From Chloroflexota bacterium (GTDB taxonomy: Bacteria; Chloroflexota; UBA11872; VXOZ01), in the NCBI GenBank assembly GCA_963662335.2, contig CAXXVD010000004.1:1-64000 (forward strand): DNA of 64,000 nt. Direction: 5' to 3'. This document shows, piece by piece, positions 40,421-48,565 of this stretch; the stretch's first letter is position 1, and each line of letters opens with the position of its first letter. The position numbers and the translations under genes were made by a program. Under the pieces are notes generated by a model that saw only the letters and a program-made list of their open reading frames with translations, did no database searches and had not been told where the DNA came from.

Positions 40421-41455
40421 GTGGAACAAGCCATGCCACGGCCCGGCCTTGCCGTTGAGGCAACCGACCTCACCAAGACCTACAAGAACGGCGTGCTGGC
40501 GAACGACCAGTTGAACGTAGCCGTCCGGCGCGGCCAGGTCTACGGCCTGCTCGGCCCGAACGGCGCCGGCAAGAGCACGTTCGTGCAGCAGGTCATGGGT
40601 CTGATCCGGCCTACGTCCGGCCGCGTGTGGGTCTTTGGCGTGGACGCGGAGCGCGACCCGGAGCGCGTCAAGCGCATGATTGGCTATCTGCCGCAGACGT
40701 CGTTTGCCATGCGCGACTTGCTGGCGGACGAGGCCATCTACTTTACGGGGCGGCTGAAAGGCCTCTCGCACAAGGAGACCGTGCGCCAGCGTGACTCCTA
40801 CATCGAGCAGTTCGAGGTAGAGGAAATCCGGCGCAAGCCCATCAACCAGCTTTCCGGCGGTATGCAGCGCATGGCGGGCTTCATCATGGCTTTGCTCGGC
40901 AGCCCGCCGCTGCTTGTGCTCGACGAACCGACGAACGACCTGGATCCGCTGCGCCGGCGCGCCGTCTGGGAAGCCATCCGGCGCGTCGTCGTCTATGACG
41001 GCGCCGCCTGCCTCCTGGTGACGCACAACGTCCTGGAGGCCGAGCGAGTAGTCGATAGAGTAGCCCTCATCGACGAAGGGCGCGTGCTGGCGGAAGGCAC
41101 GCCCGGCGCGATGAAGAGCCGCCTGGGTGAAACTATCCGCCTGGAACTCTGGCTGCGCGACGGCGCCGAGCTATCCAAGGCCCAGGAATCGCACCTGCAC
41201 TCGCTCGGCGCGCTCCACCAGCCCCGGCCCCGGCACCTCCTCTTGCGCGTGCCGCAAGAGCGGGTAGGCCGGACTATCGACAGTGTCCTAGCGGAGATTA
41301 GCGCGGACGCGGTAGAGGACTTTCGCCTTGCCACCGCCTCGCTCGAGGACGTTTATGTTGAGTTGGTTGGGCGTTCCCTTGATGAGAGCGAGAGTGTCGA
41401 AGCGGCCCAACCTTCCGAGCAAGAGCGCGTTGGCGCGGAGAGCGCCCTGCGCTAG
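40421..41455 (+). CDS. ABC transporter ATP-binding protein
   Basis: GPNGAGKST, LSGGMQR, VLDEPTNDLDP and VTHN motifs. Confidence 0.92.
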   Translation: MEQAMPRPGLAVEATDLTKTYKNGVLANDQLNVAVRRGQVYGLLGPNGAGKSTFVQQVMGLIRPTSGRVWVFGVDAERDPERVKRMIGYLPQTSFAMRDLLADEAIYFTGRLKGLSHKETVRQRDSYIEQFEVEEIRRKPINQLSGGMQRMAGFIMALLGSPPLLVLDEPTNDLDPLRRRAVWEAIRRVVVYDGAACLLVTHNVLEAERVVDRVALIDEGRVLAEGTPGAMKSRLGETIRLELWLRDGAELSKAQESHLHSLGALHQPRPRHLLLRVPQERVGRTIDSVLAEISADAVEDFRLATASLEDVYVELVGRSLDESESVEAAQPSEQERVGAESALR

Positions 41456-41464
41456 AGGTTCCTT

Positions 41465-42253
41465 ATGACAACCATAAATCCGTCTCGCCTGGATACGGCG
41501 TGGCGGCGCTTTGTCCGCTTCTGGCAGAACTACGTCCACCTGTCTGCCGTCATCGTTCTGGAATTCAGGCAGTGGATCTCCATGATCGTCTCGCTCTCCG
41601 TGCTACTCAATCTGGGCATGGTCTTCGCGTTCTCGTTCATTTCCGGATCGCGGGACCCGGAACTGGGCCGGTATTTCGTTTCCGGCGCGGCGGTGATGTC
41701 GCTGGTCACCCTGGGCGTGATGATGGTGGCGCAGGACATGGCGCAATCGCGGCGCAACGGCTCGATTCTCTACTACGCCTCGCTGCCGATCAGCAAGACG
41801 GCCTTCATCCTGGCGGTGGTCACCGGCAACGGCATGGCCGCAGTGCCGGGCATGATCATCACGCTGCTGGTGGGCAGTTGGTACTTCGGCTTCTCGCTGG
41901 CGCTCAATCCGCTCATGCTCGCCGTGGTGCCGCTGAGCGCGATCTCGCTGGCCGGCGTGGGCGCGGCAATTGGGCTTGGAATCCCCAACTGGCGGGTCGC
42001 GGGGCTGGTGGCCCAGGCCACCATGTTCTTCATCATGTTCTTCGCGCCGGTGATGATTCCGCTCGAACGCCTGCCGGCCGCGCTCCAATACACCGGCATG
42101 ATCCTGCCGCCCACCTACGCGGCGCAGGCGTTTCGCGCCGCCCTGCTGCCCGACATCACCGTGGCTTTGCTGACCGACCTGGCGGTACTGGCGCTCTTTG
42201 GTCTGGGCTCTTTGGCGATTGTGGTGAAGACGCTTAAGTGGCGGTTGGAGTAG
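41465..42253 (+). CDS. ABC-2 permease
   Basis: Six TM segments; YYASLP and FAPVMIPLERLP...LPPTYAA. Confidence 0.88.
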   Translation: MTTINPSRLDTAWRRFVRFWQNYVHLSAVIVLEFRQWISMIVSLSVLLNLGMVFAFSFISGSRDPELGRYFVSGAAVMSLVTLGVMMVAQDMAQSRRNGSILYYASLPISKTAFILAVVTGNGMAAVPGMIITLLVGSWYFGFSLALNPLMLAVVPLSAISLAGVGAAIGLGIPNWRVAGLVAQATMFFIMFFAPVMIPLERLPAALQYTGMILPPTYAAQAFRAALLPDITVALLTDLAVLALFGLGSLAIVVKTLKWRLE

Positions 42254-42334
42254 GGAGATCGAAAGCGGCATGAAACTCCCCTGGCAGGATCGCACCGAGC
42301 CGCGTCGGCGACGTGCGCGCTCCGCGCCAAGAAG

Positions 42335-42704
42335 CGGGGGGCAAGCCCCAATGCTGTCGCATAACGTAGCGCGGGGGCTTGTCCCCCGCCTCTTAGCGGG
42401 CACGGAGAAGCGAGAAATCCGTTCGTGCTGAGCTTGTCGAAGCTCAAACGAAGCGTAGCATGCCCGAAACCGGCGAGCCGTTTCCCATCCTTTTACCCTT
42501 CGACATAGCTCAGGCCGAACGGCGTGCCATTTGATACGTCACCATTGGGCACAAGCCCCGCGCCACCGTTGGGGAGTGTAAGTGACGATGCGTACCGCTC
42601 GCGCCACGGAGCGGTGGACAAGCCCCCGCGCTACGGTCGAGGAGCGTAGGAGACGATGCGTGCCGCCCATGCCACGGAGCGGGGGACAAGCCCCCGCGCT
42701 ACGG
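42335..42704. repeat. Intergenic cluster of REP-like and MITE-end repeats
   Basis: CCAATGCTGTCGCAT end fused to a GTAG REP (42366); CCGTTCGTGCTGAGCTTGTCGAAG...CCCTTCGAC..GCTCAGGCCGAACGG doublet; two reverse REPs at ~42611 and ~42679. Confidence 0.85.
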
Positions 42705-42776
42705 CTGGCCAGCGAGGCATAAGCGCGCGTGGCAGGCACAACCCGGGGCGAGGCCGGTTCACTTCACGCTGTAGCG

Positions 42777-43931
42777 CTACAGCGCCTTGTAAAGAATCTG
42801 CCGGATGTCCTCCGGCGTAACCGTGCGGGGGTTGATGCCGACGTTGCGGCTGCGGAACGTGTCGTTCACGATGGCGTCGAAGTGCTCGTCGGTCACGCCG
42901 GCCGCGCTCATGGATGCCGGGATGCCGATGTCGGCCGCCAGGTCGCGTATGGCCGCGATTGCCGCCAGCGCCGCTTCCCGTTCGCTCTGGCCGGCGCGGG
43001 TCGCGTCGAATTCACGCGCCACCGCCGCCAGTTGCGGCTCGCAAGCCATGCGGTTGAAGTCCAGGCCGTGGGGCAAGACCAGCGCGTTGCTCAGGCCGTG
43101 GGGCAGATGATGGTACGCGCCAATGGGGTGCGCCATGGCGTGGATGATACCCAGGCGCGAGTGGGCGAAACCGACACCGGCAATGCACGCCGCCGCCTGC
43201 ATCTTGCCGATGGCCTCCATGTTGCCGCTGTTGCCCACCGCGGCGCGCAGGTTCTCGCTGATAAGGCGAATGGCGTGGAGATTGAAGGCATTGGTGAACG
43301 GCGTTGACAACGGCGAGGTCATGCCCTCCACGGCGTGGGTGAGCGCGTCCATGCCGGAGTGCGCCACCACGTGCGGCGGCAGCGTGGTCAACATGGCGGG
43401 ATCCAGAAACGCCGCGCGCGGCGCCAGGCGCGTGCTGAGAATGGACATCTTGAACTGCTGCTCGGGCAGCGTGATGACCGCGGCAAACGTGACCTCGGAG
43501 CCGGTGCCAACGGTGGTTGGCACGGCGTAGAGGGGCGGCAGGTCGTGCTCGAACGCGTCGAAACCCTCGTAGTCGGCCACGCTGCCGCCGTTGGTAATGA
43601 GCACGCCCGCCGCTTTGGCCACGTCCAGCGAACTGCCGCCGCCCACCGCCAGCAGCCCATCGCATTCGGCGGTTCGATACGCCGCGACCACCGCCTCGAC
43701 GATGCGCTCTTCCGGGTCTGCCTGCACGTCGGCGAAGATCGTGGCAGCCAGGCCCGCCGCTTCCCGCAGCGATCGCTCCACCGGCGCAAGCAAACCGGCA
43801 TTGACGATGCCCTGATCGGTAACCACCAGCAGGTGATTGTGACCCTCAGCCGCCAGCGTGGGGCCGACCTCCGCGACAGCTCCGGCGCCGCTGAGAATTC
43901 TCGTAGCCACCGCAAAGCTGTGGACCGCCAT
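42777..43931 (-). CDS. Iron-containing alcohol dehydrogenase
   Basis: GGGSSLDVAK, PTTVGTGSEVT, GMDALTHAVEG and HAMAH...HLPHGLSN motifs. Confidence 0.93.
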   Translation of the reverse strand: MAVHSFAVATRILSGAGAVAEVGPTLAAEGHNHLLVVTDQGIVNAGLLAPVERSLREAAGLAATIFADVQADPEERIVEAVVAAYRTAECDGLLAVGGGSSLDVAKAAGVLITNGGSVADYEGFDAFEHDLPPLYAVPTTVGTGSEVTFAAVITLPEQQFKMSILSTRLAPRAAFLDPAMLTTLPPHVVAHSGMDALTHAVEGMTSPLSTPFTNAFNLHAIRLISENLRAAVGNSGNMEAIGKMQAAACIAGVGFAHSRLGIIHAMAHPIGAYHHLPHGLSNALVLPHGLDFNRMACEPQLAAVAREFDATRAGQSEREAALAAIAAIRDLAADIGIPASMSAAGVTDEHFDAIVNDTFRSRNVGINPRTVTPEDIRQILYKAL

Positions 43932-44127
43932 GCCGGCTCACTCCTTCCCCAAAAGGGCGCAAAATGCTGGCCTGAGTGTAGCAGGGCGGGTGTAGCCTGG
44001 CAAACAGGCCGACAGGTTCTTCGTTGAAATTGCGTGAAACTCACCATAGGTGTCGAGCAATTCGCTGACGGAATCTTCCCCACGCTAGGGGGTGTTGACT
44101 GCAAGTGTCATTTTAAGCGCAGCCAAT

Positions 44128-44228
44128 TGTCATGCCGAGCGCAGCGAGACATCTACACGGCTCCCGGCTCAAGATTCTTCACTGCGGAGACTATCCTGAG
44201 ATAGACGAAAGGTTCCTCAGAATGACAG
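44128..44228. repeat. Degenerate GTCAT-type repeat doublet with an inserted CTGAG..TCGAA-type repeat
   Basis: TGTCATGCCGAGCGCAGCGAGACATCT ... AGATTCTTCACTGCG ... CAGAATGACA resembles 29731-29824. Confidence 0.55.
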
Positions 44229-44391
44229 TTGGAAGTCTGCTCAGGCCTTGAGAAGATCACACCTTGATGCGACTACGTGTCTTGCCTTTGGCCAACCCAA
44301 GCCCAAGACTGCCATCTGCGGCCAAGCACTGCCATTGACAAGTCAATGGTGAGGCAGCTAGGATTGACAAAAGGGAATGGAGAATTGCACT

Positions 44392-44568
44392 ATGGCGATC
44401 GAACAGGACTTCGGTCAGCGCATATCTCGCATCGAGGAGCGGCTACAGCATGTAGCTACCAAGGAAGACTTGGCCAACCTCAAGGCCGACCTCATCAAGT
44501 GGATGGTCATTGCGATGGTATTGTGGAGTGGAGTGCTCATAGCCGCCATGCGGTTCATTCCGGCCTAA
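44392..44568 (+). CDS. Small coiled-coil + TM protein (ATKEDL motif; DUF1640/Bdr-like)
   Basis: RISRIEERLQHVATKEDLANLKADLIKWMV plus hydrophobic tail; GGAG SD. Confidence 0.7.
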   Translation: MAIEQDFGQRISRIEERLQHVATKEDLANLKADLIKWMVIAMVLWSGVLIAAMRFIPA

Positions 44569-44638
44569 TGCGCAACCGGCTGCGGGCGGCTGAGTAGAAT
44601 CCAAAGTCTACAGGTCCTGTCTGTCAACATCGTAGTAC

Positions 44639-44667
44639 TTGACTATCGCCTCCTGGTTGTCTATCTT
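44639..44667 (+). promoter_or_regulatory. sigma70-type promoter for the SBP gene
   Basis: TTGACT-17 bp-TATCTT. Confidence 0.55.
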
Positions 44668-44760
44668 CATATTGAAGCTGTAGAGGGAGAAGCTACGGCA
44701 GCCCCCACAGCCGGGTATTTCGCAGGACGCTTGCAGCGTCACGCAAGAAAGGAACACGAG

Positions 44761-46158
44761 ATGAGCGCTTTGCATATGACTCGCCGCAGACTGCTTGCCT
44801 CCGGCGCAACGTTTGGAGCGTTTGGCTTGTTGGCGGCGTGCGGACAGGCGCAAACGGGGACAGGCGAGATGAATGGCGACCAGCCCAAGGCCGCCGAACC
44901 CGCCGCGGAAGCCGGGCCAAAGACGGAAGAGATCACGCTTAGCGTGCAGGACGGTGGCCGCTGGCAAGAGTGGGCGGAAGGCATTCTGAACGAGCGCTTC
45001 CAGGCAAAGTATCCGAACGGGCAGGTCGTCTTCACGCCCCGCACGGGCGGGCAGGCCCACACGTTTGTGGAACTTTCGGTGGGGTTGGCCGCCGGCCAGA
45101 TGCCCGACCTCTTCAAGATGGGCCAGGCAATTGCGCCGTCCATCTACATGGCGGGGCTTTCCATCCCGCTCAACCCGTACTTTGCCACCTGGGGCATGGA
45201 GCCGGACTTCCTGCCCAGCACGTTGGACACCGTGCGCGTGAAGGGGCAATTGCAGGGCATGCCCATGATGGCGGCCAATCGCTCGTACTGGCTCCGCGAC
45301 GACCACATGGCGGAGGCGGGATTGACGCCGCCTGAAGCGTGGACGATGGACGACCAGGCCGACTTCGCCACTACCATGACCAAGTGGAAGGTGTTGGGCA
45401 AGGAGATCGAGCGCTACGGCTTCAGCCCGGGCAATCTCGGCCGTGATCCCGAGGAAGCCGAGTTGAACGGCATCGTCGAGTCCAACGGCGTGCAATGGGT
45501 GACTAATGGCAAGGCACAGGGTTTCGTGAACGGGCCGGAAGCGATTGCGGGGCTGGAATTCCAGTTGCGGAGAAAGCTCGGCTTCAATCCCCACGGCTCA
45601 TCGTACGTCGGGCCGGAATTCAGCGGCTACGGCGCCGGCTTTGCCGGCGGCTACGTTTCTATGATTTGGGGTAATGCCGCCATTGGCCGCCGCGTCGCGA
45701 CAGATGCGCCGGAAAACATCGACCAGATTCTCGTTGCGCCTGAGCCCATGGGCGACCAGCGCGCCGTTAGCCTTTCGTTCAACGACTGGCTGGGCATGGG
45801 CGCCGCCACGAAGAATCCGGACGTGACGTGGGATCTGCTGCTCACGGTGCATGAGGACGACGTGCTCATCGCCTACGATGAGCTGACGTTCTACTTGCCG
45901 CCGCGTGTGTCGGTCGCCGCCAAGGCGCCCTATGTGCAGGAGAACGCTTTCTTGTCCGGCCTGCTCCGCAATCTTAGTGAGGTAGGCCTCGGCCGCCAAC
46001 CCATTCCCGGCTGGGACAAGATGCGCCCAATCATCCTGGAAGAGTTGGCGAAAGCGGGCGCCGGCGAACTGGACGCCCGCGACGCGCTCGATAACGTCGC
46101 CGCGCGTTGGGACGCCGTGCTCCAGGAGCCGGATATCCAGGCGTTCTACAACGAGTAA
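44761..46158 (+). CDS. Orphan ABC sugar-type extracellular solute-binding protein, Tat lipoprotein
   Basis: TRRRLL Tat motif, LAAC lipobox, AAGQMPDL and TKNPDVTWDLL; family-1 SBP pattern. Confidence 0.85.
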   Translation: MSALHMTRRRLLASGATFGAFGLLAACGQAQTGTGEMNGDQPKAAEPAAEAGPKTEEITLSVQDGGRWQEWAEGILNERFQAKYPNGQVVFTPRTGGQAHTFVELSVGLAAGQMPDLFKMGQAIAPSIYMAGLSIPLNPYFATWGMEPDFLPSTLDTVRVKGQLQGMPMMAANRSYWLRDDHMAEAGLTPPEAWTMDDQADFATTMTKWKVLGKEIERYGFSPGNLGRDPEEAELNGIVESNGVQWVTNGKAQGFVNGPEAIAGLEFQLRRKLGFNPHGSSYVGPEFSGYGAGFAGGYVSMIWGNAAIGRRVATDAPENIDQILVAPEPMGDQRAVSLSFNDWLGMGAATKNPDVTWDLLLTVHEDDVLIAYDELTFYLPPRVSVAAKAPYVQENAFLSGLLRNLSEVGLGRQPIPGWDKMRPIILEELAKAGAGELDARDALDNVAARWDAVLQEPDIQAFYNE

Positions 46159-46196
46159 CCGCTGGCGGCCCCGGCGGGGCCGTACCGGAGAAACTG

Positions 46197-46241
46197 CACG
46201 CGGGCCGGTCCAGCTTATGAACCGGCCCGCGTGTGCGGTTT
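46197..46241 (+). terminator. Hairpin/terminator after the SBP gene
   Basis: CACGCGGGCCGGT ... ACCGGCCCGCGTG 13-bp stem. Confidence 0.6.
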
Positions 46242-46245
46242 CAGT

Positions 46246-46439
46246 CTAGTGCTGCCGCATCAAACAGACAGGCAGCAAAACTCGCGTCTGAAATCTCCGA
46301 TTCTGAAGTCTCCGGCTCTGAAATCTCCGGTAGTGCAGGTTTGTAACCTGCGAAGCTGTTACGTCAATTCTTTGCAAGCCGGTTTAGACGGCTGAGGCGG
46401 GGGACAAGCCCCCGCGCTACGTTAACGCGACAACTTTGG
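46246..46439. mobile_element. Composite MITE-like element carrying two different REPs (copy of 25311-25474, opposite orientation)
   Basis: End-to-end colinear with the reverse complement of 25311-25474, plus an internal 15-bp triplication. Ends CTAGTGCTGCCGCATCAAAC / GTTAACGCGACAACTTTGG. Confidence 0.8.
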
Positions 46440-46454
46440 GGTTCAGTCCTGCCA

Positions 46455-46497
46455 AGCGCAACGCTGGATTGACTTGGCGTTGCGCTATTGCTATTCT
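46455..46497 (+). promoter_or_regulatory. Promoter of the ACP-PPTase-hydrolase operon with an inverted-repeat operator
   Basis: TTGACT-17 bp-TATTCT with extended TG; AGCGCAACGC/GCGTTGCGCT inverted repeat brackets the -35. Confidence 0.6.
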
Positions 46498-46548
46498 GTG
46501 AAAAGTGTCGTCCTCAACTCAGTCAGCAGAGTAAGGAAAAGTGAGTCC

Positions 46549-46794
46549 ATGGCAGCAACCGAAGACCGCATCCGCCAACTCGTGGCCGAAAACCTCGAAG
46601 TTGACGGCAAGCCGCTGAGTGCTTCGCTGGACTTGAGCGCGAGCCTCTCCGATGCCGGCGTCTCATCGATGGATCAGCTTTCCTTTGGGAAGGTGGTCGC
46701 ACAGGAGTTCAACGTCACCCTAACGGCTGAAGACTGCCCCCGCTTCGAGAATCTCCAGCAGTTGGTCGACTATCTGGATTCTCAAGCAAGCTAG
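46549..46794 (+). CDS. Stand-alone acyl carrier protein (SupB-like)
   Basis: 81 aa, acidic; DAGVSSMD Ppant-site variant; QEFNVTL...FENLQQLVDYL. Confidence 0.85.
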   Translation: MAATEDRIRQLVAENLEVDGKPLSASLDLSASLSDAGVSSMDQLSFGKVVAQEFNVTLTAEDCPRFENLQQLVDYLDSQAS

Positions 46795-46867
46795 ACCCGC
46801 GCGCGGCGCCTCGCCATCCAGCGGCGCGGCGCCTCGCCCGACCGCGCGAGCAAGAGACTACTCGGAG

Positions 46868-47614
46868 ATGCGGAAAGCCATGCCACGCGCGCCCGTATCC
46901 GAGAAATGGTGGGGGCCATTCGAGAGCAGCGGGCGGGTTGACGTGGTTCACGTTGACCTATCGCCTCACGCGGAACGAGAAGCCGCAGCCCTGGCGTTGC
47001 TCGATGAAGAGGAGCAGGGCCGTTTGCGGCGCTTTGCGTTTGACGGGCCGCACCGCCGCTTTACGCTGTGCCGTGCCGCGCTCCGCGCCGTGCTCTGTCA
47101 GAGACTCGGCTGCGGGAACGAGCAACTTGCATTCGGGAGCGCCCGCCATGGCAAGCCGTTCGCGCTCATCGATACTCAGCCGGCCCCGGTTAGCTTCAAC
47201 GTGAGCCACAGCGGTCGGCACGGGCTGATTGCCATTGCCCCATCCGGGCGGGTGGGCGTGGACGTGGAGGAGCGCGACGCCCAGCGCAACCTCGACCTGC
47301 TTGTGGACACTGTATTGGGCGATGCGGAGCAAGCGGCGCTTGCCGCAGCCCACGGCGGGGCGCGCGTCCACCTCTTCTTCAAGATGTGGACGATCAAAGA
47401 GGCGTTGCTCAAGGCTATGGGCAACGGGTTTCAGTTGGACGCCACGCGCATCGCGGTTCCGCCGCCGATGCTGCGCGGCAAGAGAAGCGGCACGGTCAAA
47501 ACGCCGCCGGTTTCCCCGTCCACGTGGCACGTTGAAGACCTTGGCAATCGGGAATTTGCCGCCGCCGTCGTGTATGAATCGGCAGAGGCCAATGCCCCGG
47601 CGCGGCGAAACTAG
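46868..47614 (+). CDS. Sfp-type 4'-phosphopantetheinyl transferase (SupC-like)
   Basis: HGKP, FNVSHSG, VGVDVE and WTIKEALLKAMG motifs. Confidence 0.93.
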   Translation: MRKAMPRAPVSEKWWGPFESSGRVDVVHVDLSPHAEREAAALALLDEEEQGRLRRFAFDGPHRRFTLCRAALRAVLCQRLGCGNEQLAFGSARHGKPFALIDTQPAPVSFNVSHSGRHGLIAIAPSGRVGVDVEERDAQRNLDLLVDTVLGDAEQAALAAAHGGARVHLFFKMWTIKEALLKAMGNGFQLDATRIAVPPPMLRGKRSGTVKTPPVSPSTWHVEDLGNREFAAAVVYESAEANAPARRN

Positions 47615-47621
47615 GGGTCAG

Positions 47622-48539
47622 ATGGCGGACGCGGCAGCAACAGGACCGATGTGGCGAGTTCCTGAACCGCTCTCCACGCTCGACGTGCCGGTGGATGACG
47701 AAACCGTCATCACGCTGCGCCGCCACGGCAATCCGGCCGGCCCGCGCTTGGTGCTGTGCCACGGCAACGGCCTGGCAATCGACCTCTACTATCCCTTCTG
47801 GTCGCTCCTCTGCGACGATTTCGACGTGATCGTCCACGACCTGAGAAACCACGGTTGGAATGCCGTCACGTCGGCGCGGGAGCACACCATCGCCACTTTC
47901 GCCCACGACCACGACCTCATTCTCGACGCCATCGACCGCCACTACGGCGAGAAGCCCTTGACCGGGGTCTATCATTCCGTTTCTTCGCTCACGACGCTGG
48001 TGTCGCCCACCAAGGGCAGCCGGCACGCGGCCCTGATATTGTTCGACCCGCCCCTGTGCAAGCCGGGCGCCAGCTATGAGGAGTTCGACGCGGCCGCCAC
48101 GCGCACGGCCGGGTTCGCCCGCCGCCGCACGTTTCGCTTCAAGAGCCGGGAGGACTTCGTGGAGCTTCTCGGCTATTCACCGGCTTACCAACATACGGTG
48201 CCCGGGACAATCGAACTTGTGGCGCAGGCGACGCTGCGCGAACGCGCTGGCGCTCCCGGCTATGAACTGCGGTGCCCGCCGGAATATGAAGCGCAAATCG
48301 TCGACTATGCCAGCCCCTACGCCGTGCTGGTGGACTTTGCGAAGTTTCAGTGCCCCATTAAGGTCATTGGCGCCGATCCCACGCTGCCCTACGCCTACCT
48401 GCCCACGCTGAACCTGAGCGACATCCTGAGCGTTGACTACGACTTCCTTCCCAATGCCACGCACTTTCTCCCGCTGGAGAAACCGGAAGAGTGCGCCGCA
48501 GTCGTGCGTGATTTCATTGCTGAGGTCGTGAGCGGCTGA
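47622..48539 (+). CDS. Alpha/beta hydrolase (SupD-like)
   Basis: LCHGNG, HDLRNHG, GVYHSVSS, LFDPP and THFLPLEKP motifs. Confidence 0.85.
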   Translation: MADAAATGPMWRVPEPLSTLDVPVDDETVITLRRHGNPAGPRLVLCHGNGLAIDLYYPFWSLLCDDFDVIVHDLRNHGWNAVTSAREHTIATFAHDHDLILDAIDRHYGEKPLTGVYHSVSSLTTLVSPTKGSRHAALILFDPPLCKPGASYEEFDAAATRTAGFARRRTFRFKSREDFVELLGYSPAYQHTVPGTIELVAQATLRERAGAPGYELRCPPEYEAQIVDYASPYAVLVDFAKFQCPIKVIGADPTLPYAYLPTLNLSDILSVDYDFLPNATHFLPLEKPEECAAVVRDFIAEVVSG

Positions 48540-48565
48540 GCGCGCCGGTTCTCCGCCGGCCGCCG

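Noticed and set aside
47229-47621. Programmed frameshift fusing the PPTase and hydrolase
   Set aside because: The hydrolase frame is open upstream, but no slippery site is visible. The PPTase is complete and the hydrolase has its own ATG at 47622.
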